Assembly (NCBI GenBank): GCA_032718475.1
Contig: JAUCBJ010007452.1
Location: forward strand, 1-64,000
Direction of reading: 5' to 3'
DNA from: Nemertoderma westbladi
Lineage: Eukaryota; Animalia; Xenacoelomorpha
Length of the DNA: 64,000 nt
Position 1 is the first letter of the stretch. Every line of letters starts with the position of its first letter. Positions 50,097 to 62,109 of the stretch are shown piece by piece. The position numbers and the translations under genes are program-made. The notes beneath the pieces are model-generated. The model was not told the origin of the DNA, ran no database searches, and saw only the letters and a list, made by a program, of their open reading frames with translations.

Positions 50097-52171
50097 GTTT
50101 GATTGTACAGTTGAATGCCTACTGCTATAAATACAGTTAAAGCAAGTCTAGTAATTCAGTATCACTGTTAGCCTAATAATTAATTACCGATACTGCTACT
50201 CAGTGTAGCGTGATGTATATATAATATATTAGAATACCGGTATGCTTATAGTATATATATAAGTATTATTACAGGCTAGATTTGTCCAGAGTACCGGTAT
50301 ATAATTTTAGCACAAATATATATAAATATATAATAGGCCTATTGTGAATACCGGTATACAGCTGACACTTATAGTATATATAAGTATAATTATTACAGAC
50401 TAGAATTAATTACAGAATACCGGTATGATTTCAGCCTAAATTTATAGAATAAATATAATAAGCCTATTGTAAATACCGGTATGTCAATTATTTTAAAATA
50501 ATTGAATTTCTGAATGTTAGGGGTTACTTGGTTACTTTACTTACTTTATTACCGTTATTTAAGCAGTAGTCCAACTGATATGGAGACCTAGTTGTTGTAT
50601 GGCAGGCCTACTATTTATAAATCGTTTGAGTTGATGTATAATAGTTATATACCCGTTTAAAATGGGTTTTGTCAATATTTGAAATAAATGTTATTATTTC
50701 TGGGGGAGTCACTACACAGAAGCTGTGCGCTCTCAGTGAAGTGCTACTTATGGGACACTAAAACAGATAATTCTAATTTACCTAAGTTACTTAATAGTAC
50801 AAATTACTTACGATACGGGTGAGATTAATTCTCTAATTAAACACAACAAAAATATTACGTACGAAATTTTAGGGTAATTTTACAGGAAGTCTACAAACCA
50901 GTCTAACAAAGGGTTAGATTTCTGGTTATTACGACGGACAGGGTACTATGGTATTTGAAATAATAAGTAGTAGTAAATATATTGCACTGTCCAGATAGGA
51001 AAATACCACCGCCTGACGACCTATAGCCGTATCGCTATAGGTACTACGTTATGTATCACGGAGTGTTCCTACCTAGAAGTTAATTACCGCGGACTACTAG
51101 ATCCAACGTGCCTATTAACCACTTTACAACACAAATATACTGCCTACACACTAATTACTTTCGGAAAGCACTGTACACTAAACCCTAAATTAGGTACAAG
51201 TACTGGTACAACAAATAATCAGAAGTTAAATATACTTGAACAGTTAAAAGAACCACGGCATCTGCTGGAGTGACCGGAGCACAAAGTCACCAGTCTTTAC
51301 CTACGCCAAGCAGCCCGTGTAGTACCGGGGTTAATTTAACTATAACGGTATGTGTAACAAGCACAATTACTGTAGGAATAAACTTGGGGACATGAATGTT
51401 GCGAATAATCGCATAAACTCTGAATAATAAATATTACACTACCCGTACAGAATACTCAAACAAAATACAAACCAAACGCTGGCAGACTACCACCAAGCCT
51501 AAATAAACTACCGTATGTGCAGATTCCAAAATGGTTAGTTAGTATGCGTTCTAACACGGTAGCACGACTTATTCTTTAAGAGGGGATTGACCTTACAGCT
51601 CTGGCTGCCCCAACTTACTAACTGGCACTTTATCAGACAAACTCTACACACGCAGCAATCTCTTCAGACCTAATAATAGCTAGACAACAATCCAGCCTAC
51701 AAAATATCTGAGTAATAACTATTACGGTACCTGAACAGACCACACAAACAAACACAGGCCAAAACGCTGGCAGAATACTGTCAAGCCTAAATAAACTACA
51801 GTATGTGCAGATTCCAAAATGGTTAGTTAGTATGCGTTCTAACACGGTAGTACGACTTATTCTTTAAGAGGGGATTGACCTTACAGCTCTGGCTGCCCCA
51901 ACTTACTAACTGGCACTTTATCAGACAAACTCTACACACGCCGTAATCTCTCCAAACCCAACAACAATCCGACAACAGTCCGGCCTACAGTTATCTGAAC
52001 AATCTGAGCAGACTTACACGTCTTCAGCTCAATATTAACTTACTAGGAAATAAAACTGACAGAAATAGACCTAAGTAAAATCCCAATAAAAACCAGGCGT
52101 CCCCGATTTAATATCGAGACCTACCGGTATACAATAATCAAAATCGAATAATACTAATGTACTTATACTGG

Positions 52172-52340
52172 AAGTACCGGTTAGGACAGTTGGGCCTACA
52201 GACCTACAGCAGTACCGGTTCAGGCAGTTAGGCCTACGGACCTACAGCAGTACCGGTTCTGGCAGTTGGGCCTACGGATCTACAGCAGTACCGATTCAAG
52301 CAGTTGGGCCTACGGACCTACAGCAGTACCGGTTCCGGTT
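52172..52340. repeat. ~38-bp tandem repeat (4-5 units) in the element 2 leader
   Basis: agtaccggttcaggcagttaggcctacggacctacagc; present as about one unit in element 1 (~4480-4535). Confidence 0.85.
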
Positions 52341-52389
52341 TACCGGTCGACCGGTACTTTCAACTTTATTGCTTACTGCAATAAAGACA

Positions 52390-52400
52390 ATAACTGTTAT
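52390..52400 (-). promoter_or_regulatory. Non-tRNA primer-binding site of element 2 (putative self-priming)
   Basis: Abuts the LTR, has no TGG, and is the exact reverse complement of 53136-53146. Confidence 0.65.
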
Positions 52401-53574
52401 TGTACGCGCTTTTGAAGACCTTTAGCAGTTTAACCTGCCAAAATTTATATGTCTTTTGGTTTATAAATAGACTTTAGAAATTGACAAATATTTAATACCA
52501 ATAAACACAACATTAGCAGAAGCCAGCATCCATTCACCCGCTGGATATACCCGGGAGACTGGATTCTGAGGGCTTAGATTATTATTGCAGTGTAAGCTTA
52601 CTGTATTATTCGATTGATCGTTAATAAATAATTTCTGACTAATATTATTCACTTTCGGGAAATATTAACAGTTCCTTTAGGACGTGACCCTCTATCTAGG
52701 TAAACAGAGATATGACTTGTACTAAACACAACGGTAAGTCGGTGAGGCTTATGATTCACGTATGAGGCGCATTCTTTAGGAAATGCTTAGTTATCAGTCA
52801 CAATCATGCACACTACCGGTAACACACAAGACTGCTCACTAATTTGCCGACCATCAATGAATTTTATCATATATAAAGAGAACAGCAACTGACTCATGTA
52901 GTGCTTATCAAATAGCATTAAATTCACTACAAACCACAATAATATAAGTCGCAATCGCTATATGTAACCCGTCTCTCTAACCTGTAGTGTATCAAGAAAA
53001 TTGGGAAATTTGGGTTCTTTATAGATGTTCTCCAGATAATAATATTCAACCATAACATAACAGTAAATAGCAGTATAATAATGTATGTTGCAGTGATATA
53101 AGACTACTGCTGATTGCACTGATTGTACTGGACCGATAACAGTTATACGCTCTATAATCTAAGCCTACTAATGTTTCTTCTAAAGTCTGAAACGAATTGA
53201 CTCTAGAGCCGGTGTTCCTGGCCTAGATAGAAACAACACAACAGTATCAAGAAAAAACAGTAAGACTGAACACTCCTAGCACGATCGGCCAAATATCTCC
53301 ACATCGACAGAAAAAATCGCTCTGATTGGCTGTTAAGCTAAACAAAGAACCATGTGTCCAATGGCCGTTTCCATGTCAGCAACCAGCTGTTAGATGTCGT
53401 AATCTGAATCATCAAGGCTACGCTGTGCCAGGGTATTTGACGCATTGCGGGTTTTTTGCCTTACCATGTCCGCCAAAGCACACATATAGAAGAATGACTT
53501 TTATGTCCGTTAAAACACCTATAACGGTACCTTGCGGGCGAGGGGGACTGATTATATCTGCAAAAGCTTTTACA
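52401..53574 (-). repeat. 5' LTR of element 2 (1174 bp)
   Basis: Direct repeat of 41671-42853. Confidence 0.96.
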
Positions 53575-53879
53575 GTATAGCTGTATCATCATTATCAATA
53601 TTTACATACGGCCTAAGGCAAATCGAGCAATTTCGAGAAAAGAACTAGATGATGATGATGAGCTCGATCATGGTTTCGAATCCTAGGGGCTTTTTAATTG
53701 TGATTGGAGATGTCAACCAGCCGAAATTGAACTACTTAGACTCCCTTAATTTAGTGAATATGATTGATGAACCCACTTTCACTTTCACTCGCTCAGAATC
53801 TCAGTTGGATGTCGCTTACGTCACTGCAGCATCCCCTTACAAATGTTTAATAATTGCTCCTATTGGTAACTCAGACCAT
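53575..53879 (+). pseudogene. LINE endonuclease, C-terminal half
   Basis: Resumes in frame after the TSD (SQY|SCIIIINIYIRP), then after a frameshift LIVIGDVNQ...PTFT...LDVAY...IGNSDH; cut again at 53880. Confidence 0.85.
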
Positions 53880-54464
53880 TGTGACGGGATCCGAGAATCC
53901 CGGTTTATCCGTTAGCTTTCCTACGCGTCTCCACCGTGCGTGTGTGAAAAGAGTTTTAGTTGTTGACTGATCGGTGTGTATAAATAAGAAGGTATAATAT
54001 AACTGAATAGGATATAGCACAGTTGACACAGTTGATTGATGATTAAGTGTACTGGTAAATAGAATGACAATACTGCAGTACACGGAAACGGAGATGGTGG
54101 AAAGAGTCCCGGTACCGCCCTAACTAACTGACTTACTAAAGTGAATGAATATACACAAAGACCGGTAATATATTGCACGGTTGGCCACGTTGCATTACTC
54201 AGTCGATGCTTGCCCCCCATTGGCTGATAACTCATTTCTCACCCTCCCATTTCCCTGGGTGTGTTTCCCCCTGTCGCTATTACTCTCTCCCTCCTGGAGG
54301 TGTAACCTCTGACCCCCGCTGTGTGTGTTCCCTTGGGGTTTGTTGCCCCGCTTATTGGGGTGATACAAGGTTGATTGGTAATCAACCTTGTAGTTCCAAT
54401 ATTGCTTAAACCTCCTGCCCTCCCAACTTTGTGTGGGGTGGTTGGCGGAATTGATACGCTAACA
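53880..54464 (-). repeat. Candidate 3' LTR of element 3 (~585 bp)
   Basis: TGT...ACA termini, followed on + by C14 (a poly-G PPT on minus). No partner LTR in the window, so the inner boundary is inferred. Confidence 0.55.
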
Positions 54465-55119
54465 CCCCCCCCCCCCCCATGCTATCTTCCTGGTGAGAAG
54501 ATAGCATCCACCTATAGTGCGCTACAATTCCGCTGGATCCCGATCTATTATCGAGTGTGGGGTGGAACTATTTTTTCTCGGAGCCGGCTTTCCAGACCGC
54601 CCCCTATGGGTATGATATCGCTACCCTGTTTACCTGGCGTCCCGTGTCGGGCCGATCGTGCGCTCCTCTCACACGACTTTTGTTTCCCCAACACTTTCAC
54701 CACTAACTCTACTCTGTTCTCACCCTGACTCTCCTCTACTTCTCCTCACTTCCGCTCTAACTCTCGGACCTTCCCATCCCTCACTCAGCCTCTTATTCCT
54801 CCCCCCCCCACACTTGAATTGCCTATCTCACTCACTCACTCCCGACGAGTCTCACCCCCCTCCCGTGCCGTCGCACTCAAGAAGTGTGAAGTCGTCCAGC
54901 GTCCCGTTTGTCATAGTCAATCGTCCCCCAGTCCCAGTAGCTAATTGGAGAAAGGTTGAATGACTATAGTACTTTCTTCAATTATATTTTGCTAAACTAA
55001 TAATGATTACTACGTACGTACCTACTAATTGCACTTTTCAATTATTTAAATTACTTGAATTTGTACTTAGGAGTTCGCACGTCTCGGGTGGTGCCTTCCA
55101 GGCATGTTACACCGAAGTC

Positions 55120-57106
55120 TTAGTTCGTTCCACCAGCCTTTGGGAACCACCTCAAGTCTTTCCCTCTGTCGTCCTCCTCCCTAGGTCGTTTCCTGGTCAC
55201 TGCCGCTCCTTTGATCTTGTCTGCTTTCTGGCTTCGGACCCTCGCCGCCACCTCCTTACTGATCCCGGTCGTCGACTCCTTGGGTGCTGGTGTTATTAGC
55301 TCCCGGTATCGCTTCATGGGTTGCCCCTCCGAGTGGCCCTGTTGTCTCCCCCTGGTGGCGTCCCATAGGATAATTTTCATTGCCCGCGGCACATGCTCCG
55401 CCAAGAAATCCCTGAACTCTCCTCTGTTCTGTGGCGTCCACCTGTCCAAATACCTCTGCGTATTTATCACTCCGGCATACGACGCCGCCGTCGCCACTTC
55501 CTGGTAGGTAAACGGAAGCCTCCGTTTGATAATCTCCATGTGGGCCTCCTGATTAATGTTAAAGTGGACCCACTATGTCCCTTCCCGCCTTGGCTCTCGC
55601 CCATAACTTTCCATCCTTCTAGCTCCCCTAGCCTCCTTAACGGCTGATCGCCCTCGGCGCCTGCTGGTATGGGCGTCGTCTGCAATCCCGACGTCGACTG
55701 TTTCGGTGATCCCACCGTCCATCCTAATTCTCGCCCTAGAGACTCCCCCGAACTCCCTGATGAGGTCCAACGAAGTTCGTCTAAGGCCGCCTGTTCCTCG
55801 AAGCCGTAGCTCTGTGCCCTAGCTTCCTCCTCCCTTTCCTCTGCTTCTCTCCTCTCCTGTCTAGCGACTTCTTCCAATCGCTTCGCCTCTCGTCTATCCA
55901 TCTCTAGCTGCTCCCACCTCTGATACGGCGTATCTACCTCCCCGTCTACCAGATGCCGGCTGTTATAGTACACCGACTCGCCCTTCAGCCCCGGGTGGTC
56001 TACCAGACCCTCGAAAGCCGTCTTAAAGGCTCTTCTGTAGCTTAGGGGTGATCCCGATAATAGGAATGCCGTTGGTTCCCTTTCGATAACCACGGTCATG
56101 AATAGGTTAAGCAAACCCATCATTATCCAGTCCTCCCGTAGGATATATCGCTTCTGATATACCTTTATCGCTCCTCTCCGGAATTGATACACCTCTTGTC
56201 TCCCTGGCCTCGCTCCCCACTTCAGCGAGTTCGCCAAGTCCACTCCATACTCCCCTCTGAACTTACTCCAGTCCATCGGTTTGTGACACACAAGCCCCAT
56301 TAACTGGCCCATTGCCACCGCCCCGCAATGTCCTGTGTTCTCCACTAGTCCCAACCCGTCTGGTGCTGTCATAGCCATATAGACCGTCTGCATATCCAGA
56401 AGGTTGGGGGTGTCCAGACCGATGATTCTCTCCGCGTCGTCGCGAATCGTCGATCCCACTTTCGTCGTCGACTTCTCTCTCACTAGGGTTTGCACCGCCT
56501 TCGGCAACCGGTTCAACTTCGGCCCATCCTTCTTTCCATACGTTCCTAGATCGAATAGGAATATATCCCCATTTGGCGTGGCCAAATGTAGGAGTATGGT
56601 TCTGGCCGACCCCGCCGATCCTCTCTTCGAACCCTCCTCTTCTTCCACGGTTCCTTCGTCATCTAGGATCATGTATCCTCCCCTGCTGACGGACTCTACG
56701 AACCTCTTCCAATCTTTCCTCGGTGGCTCTCTCGTGTACTTCGGAATCCCGAACTTCGCCTCGTCTCCTTTCACCACATAGTGGAAATGCTCGAAGATCA
56801 CGTTGTCCAGCGACGCGTGCCGTAGGTCCCGACCAGCCGCTGTTCGTGCACCTCCCCGAAATGGTCCTGTAGCGCTCGCGCTGCGTGACCTCTCTCTAAC
56901 CGCTCGTAGTATCCCCTCGTCTTCTCTTCCGGATGCCTCTTGGTGAAATCCACTAGTATTTCTTTTCCTCCTGACTCCGCCTTTCTCTTCCTGATCAGTT
57001 TTCCCGCCATCCCGAACTCTCTCACTCGCTCACCTGTAAGGTGGTGCCTTACCAAGGCGCAGTACAGATGAGTGATAAGGTTAAGATGGTCTGTACAGTT
57101 CGACAA
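55120..57106 (-). pseudogene. Accessory ORF3 of element 3 with a DnaQ-like DEDDy 3'-5' exonuclease domain (WRN-exo/EXD/RNase D-like), split by frameshifts
   Basis: In 56801-55467: ExoI YMILDDEG; ILLHLATPNGDIFLFDL; LPKAVQTLVREKSTTKVG; ExoII IRDDAERI; LLDMQ; ExoIII-like QKRYILRED; then a charged coiled coil. Flanking ORFs 57106-56798 and 55539-55120 abut or overlap in other frames. Confidence 0.7.
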
Positions 57107-57489
57107 TGGCCTAATTCCTATTTACTTTTGAGTTATAGCCTAACTTTGTTTCTGAAACTGTCAAGTTACAATAAATAAATCTAAATTACAATTTTGTCCG
57201 TTACTTTAATTATGTTCCAGAATTTACTTTCTACTGTTACCATAATTTGTTAATTTTCTAATTTCTTATTTATTTTTAATATTTTAATTTAATTCAATCC
57301 TACTACTGTGTTACTACTTACTATTGCCAATGGATTACTCTATTTCATAATCCACGTTCTGGCCTACTCTGTGGGCTTGTGCAGTACAACAGTATGCGTC
57401 GTGTGGCCTACACGATTTATCCAGCTGTACTCATATGCCCCCCTCTCGCTACTCACTACTAACTGATACCTACATTATACATACCCTTC

Positions 57490-57662
57490 TACCACTAACT
57501 CTTACTATCCGGTACTAAGTACCCTCTTACTAACTCTAACTCCGCTAACTAACTAACCGGTACTATGTACCCTCTTACTAACTCTAACTCCACTAACTAA
57601 CTAACCGGTACTACGTACCCTCTTACTAACTCTAACTCCGCTAACTAACTAACCAGTACTAC
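57490..57662. repeat. ~48-bp tandem repeat (3+ units) just downstream of pol
   Basis: ccggtactaagtaccctcttactaactctaactccgctaactaactaa. Confidence 0.85.
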
Positions 57663-57685
57663 AGCCTACTACAGCCTACAGACTA

Positions 57686-60600
57686 CTATTTGCCTACAGC
57701 CCTTCTATAGGTCTTTCTATCTTTCGCTCCTATCTTCCCACCTATCCGCACTTCTACCGATCGGACTCTTCCGTCCTCGTCGGAGTAAGTGCCCACAACT
57801 CTCGCCAACCGCCATTGGTTGTTGATGATGGTATCGTCTGTGACGATCACCAGATCACCCTCCTTTAGCTCTCTGTTCGTGATCCTCCACTTGCTTCTCC
57901 TATGGAGCATGGGTAGGTATTCCTCGACCCACCTTCTCCAGTACTCTGCGCTTATCGCTTTAGCGACTTTCCAACTCTGTCGGGAGTGTATATCGTCTGG
58001 GTCTACACCCCGCATGTCGATGGTCGCTGGCCTCTCCATTAGAAAGTGACTAGGCGTCAACACGTCTAATGACTCCGGGTCATCATTTTCTGGATATAGC
58101 GGTCTGCTATTAATGATACCCTCGCACTTTGCTAGTACCGTCCTTAGTACGTCCTCTGCAACCATGTGGGTGTTCATCAATTTCGTCATCAGACGCTTGG
58201 AACTACCCACTAGTCTCTCGATGCCTTCCAAGAGTATGCGGAGCATACGGCGTCCTCCTCTCCCACTTCACCTGTCGTCTTCTCATGGCTGCCCTGACTT
58301 CTTCCCCTTCCAGGATATCCAAGGCATCCGCCATCTCGTTCTCCGCCCCCACAAAGTTGGTTCTGCTGTCAGAATATATTACTGCACTCGTCCCACCTTT
58401 GCGGTCTCTGAACCTTTCTAGAGCATTAATGAATGCTGATGCGGTTGCATCTTGGGCGAGTTCTATCCCTACCGCCTGTGTGTTGTTACATACGAAGATG
58501 ATGCCGTAGCGCTTCTCCGTGTGCCGCATCACCTTAATTTTTATCGGCCCGAACATATCCACACCGCAATGCGTAAATGGCGGGTCGTGCTGTCTTACTC
58601 TACTGGCCGGTAGTGGCGCCATCTCCTGTATAGCTCGCTCCTTCTTAGCTCGTCGGCAGGTCTGGCACTGCCCCACTACCGCCTTTACATTCTTTCTCAA
58701 CTGTCTGACCCAAAAGGTCCTTCGTATCTCTGTGAGGGTTCGGTTGGTGCCCCCGTGCAATATCGACTTATGGGAGTCCCAGATGATCTGATAGACTATC
58801 GGTGATCCATTGGGGATGATGATGAGCTTCGGTGGGATGACAATGCTGTTGTTTTTCAACACCCTAGAGTTCATTACTAGGATCCCGTCATCATTGAGTT
58901 GTGGTGACAGTGTGATCAGCTCGCTGTCCCGTCGGAGATGCTGTTGTTTACCGACGCGTTCCACCTCGTCGCCGTAATTCTTCCTTTGTTCGTAGCGGAT
59001 GACGGCTTTAGCCGTCCCCTCCAGATCGACGGTTATTCTACCCTTTGTATCTCTACCGATTCCCCTAAGGAAGTCCCCGAAGGCTCTCCAGTACGCCACT
59101 AACGTCTTGGTCTTATACCAACTAGAGCTGTAGCTAAGGAGTTTGTCCGTTGGGATATCGCACAGTTCTTCCGGTTTCGGTTGCACGTCCCTTATCTCTC
59201 TCACCATCTGGCTGTATATCTCCTCACCTTCTGAATCTACTCCCTCCTCCTCTAACGCTACTTGTTCTGCGCCCGGGTCCACCTTTCTCATCGGCGGCCA
59301 GGCTGTCCTATCATTAAGAAATTGCGGCCCATGCTGCCACAATACTTCCTTCTTCAAGAAAGTGTGGCGTGCCACGCCCCTCAATAACAAGTCCGCTGGG
59401 TTCTCGTCCATTGGGCAGTAGTGCCACCTTCCTAACTCTGTAATTGCCCTTATTTCGTCCACCCTATTTGCGACGAATATAGGGTATCTCGTCCTTTCGT
59501 TGTGTAGCCAACCGAGCACTACCATGGAATCCGTCCAGTAGTGTGTTTCCACTATGTTGGGAATAGCGTCCACTAAGTAGGCTGTGGCCCTAACTCCTAA
59601 TCTCACAGCTGTCAACTCGAGTTTCGGAACTGATGCTGAATCTGGTGGCGTCGACTTCGCTTTACTGGAATGCGAGTCTGGGCTTGTGAGCCCCCTCTCG
59701 CTGTACTAAGTAGAGTGCCGCTCCGTATGCCTCTAATGACGCATCGGAGAACATATGTAAATCCAGATTCGTCATGTTCCCGTCCGGGAAATATGCACGT
59801 GGCATGCTGTATGTTCCCTTCTGCTCTAAACTCTCTGTCCACTTGCTCCATTGCTTGCTAATCTCTTCCGGGACCTCTGTGTCCCACTCGTCCTTTAAAT
59901 TGTATACTCTCTTGAGTATCTGTTTCCCCGTGACTAGTAATGGGGATGCTAGGCCTAGGGGATCATATATCCTTGCTATGTACGACACATAGCCCCTCTT
60001 TGTGTGGATACCTGCGCCCTCCTGACTCAACTGGTATTTTAACTCGTCTGTCTCTCGGTTCCACACGATTCCTAGTGCCTTCTGCTGGGACTCCACTCTC
60101 TTGTTCGCCATGTCCTGTCCCTTGGCTGTCGTGGGATTATCCATGGTCGATTCTGGCCTCCTGTCCTCTATGGCTTTCATCAACTCTTGCGAGCTGGATT
60201 GGAACTTGGTTAGGTTGAACCCGGATCCTTTTAGGATGTCGCGAACCTCGCGCCCCGTGTCCAGTAGTTCCTTAACCGTATTTCCAGACTCCATCCCGTC
60301 GTCTACATAGAAACCTCATCGAATCATATCAACGGCTTTGGCGCTGAACTTATTCTCCTTCCCTTCTACCGTGTCTCTTACGGCCATAGTCTTTGTAAAT
60401 GAAGACGACTTGGCTCCCATGTTCTGTACTATCATCTTATCCATTGGTATGGTCGACGGTTCCTCAATCCGTTCCTGAATCTGAGTAGGACCTCGATCCC
60501 TGAGTTGTAGATGTTGGGACCCTCCAGCAGATAATGGTTTAGGCATTTTCCATTGGTCTTGGCCGATGCGTCAACTACCATCCGCAGTTTACCTTTCTTC

Positions 60601-62060
60601 GGGTCTAGAGCCACGTGGAGTGGCAGGTAATATGTCCTGTCCGTGTTTGGTTCATCGACCGGTAACTCCACGGCCCATCCTTTCTCGACATACTTTCTAA
60701 TTGTCTTGTGAATGTACTCATTCTTCTCGGGGCTCCGTTTTAGCGTCTGCTTCAACTTACGAAGCCTCGTGAGTACCATTCCTTTGTTGTCGGGTAACGG
60801 TAGCTTCGGTAGCTTCCATACCATTCCTATGGTATACCGCCCCTCATCGCATGTCATCGATTCCTTTACACTTTGTAGAGCCTGCTTGTCTTCTACCGAG
60901 GTTCCGACCCCGGTCTCCTTTAATCCCTCAAAATCCTGCCTGAGCAGTCTCCTGAGCTGCTCCTCCGCTCCCTCATCTCCCATTTCTCGCATAGTTCCCG
61001 CAAACATGCATCCTGATGTCTCCGACATCCTAAATGGTATCTTACTCCTGATTGGGCCACTCAGCATCCACCCGAATGGTGTTAATATCGCCACCGGGTC
61101 ACACTGCCTGTCTTCGCCGAAGACCGTTCGCATTCTCTCGTGGGCCGTCGGGCAGTCCATTCCTACTATGATGGATACCTTCCTGACGTCCACCTCTGGG
61201 ATTGAGAAGTCGATACTGTCCAGGAATCTATATTGTTCGACCTCGATGTTGGTTGGCCGCCTGGCGTTAATATTTATCGACTCTATTACCTGGATGGGGT
61301 CGATGGTCGCCCCATAGTCGCATCCCGGTGCTATCGCTGCTATCGCGCACCGTCCGGTCCTCATCTCCAGAACCTCATCTTTGCTGGAGATGGTTGTTAC
61401 CGCCATTCTACTTGGCCTCATCCTCAATCCTATCTCTTCGGCCACCCAATCCTCAACTAAGGTGAAGGCTGCACCACTGTCGACCAGCATCAGTGTGGTT
61501 ACTGATCGATTGCCTTCCCCGATTACCCTTACTGGTACTACCCCCAATAGTACCGTTCCTCTCTTCCTTGCCGCTACGGTGCTCGCTGCCATTGTCTGTC
61601 CTTTGCTCTGACCAAACTTAATTGGCGTTTCTTTGCATTGGTTGGCTCTATGTCCACTCATCACACATCGCGAGCAGATTTAATTTCTTCTCGCGTATTC
61701 TACCTGATCTTCCCTAGGTAGTGCTTGCCAATACCTGCAGTTCATGGTCTGATGAAGCGCATTTGTATGTAGTTGGCATTTGCTCTTTGGGTTGTAGCCA
61801 TCCTTATAAAGTGCGTTGCATATCGCACTTATATTTGTACCAAAGTCCCTACTATTCTTATTGTTTGGGTTCGGCCTACTGGGCGTGCTGGGGTTATGTT
61901 TATTTGTGTTGTTATTTTTCCCCTGTCCGCTCCATGATGTGGTCTTACCCCCGGCTACTTGTGGACTGGTAGTCCCCTGCGTTGCTGCGTACGGCAGTGA
62001 CTGTCTGAGCTTTGGCAATGCGTTCGACGCGTTGTGCTCTGGTTTCGGCCTGTGGTAATC
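57686..62060 (-). pseudogene. BEL/Pao gag C-terminus + pol (PR, RT, RNase H, IN) with several frameshifts and stops
   Basis: LVDSGA; YYLPLH...KLRMVVDAS; GFYVDDG at ~60295-60315; LHMFSDAS...YWTDS...NPAD; HHCC, GVDMFGP, YSDSRTNFVGA, EGIINSRPL, WRRWVEEYLP. Confidence 0.93.
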
Positions 62061-62109
62061 GGTCTTTGGTCCCTCTCCCAGGCTATCCTCGCTGTTGTGT
62101 CCTCTACGG

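Larger units (their letters stand above)
41671..53574 (-). mobile_element. Complete non-autonomous BEL/Pao LTR retrotransposon, element 2 (11.9 kb)
   Basis: Two near-identical TG...CA LTRs; 5-bp TSD GTATA (41666-41670 and 53575-53579); purine tract GGGAGCGG next to the 3' LTR; gag-protease ORF; RT and IN absent. Confidence 0.96.

Noticed and set aside
53880-54194. Shorter LTR ending CGTTGCA for element 3
   Set aside because: No purine tract directly adjacent; 54464 with its flanking C14 fits better.
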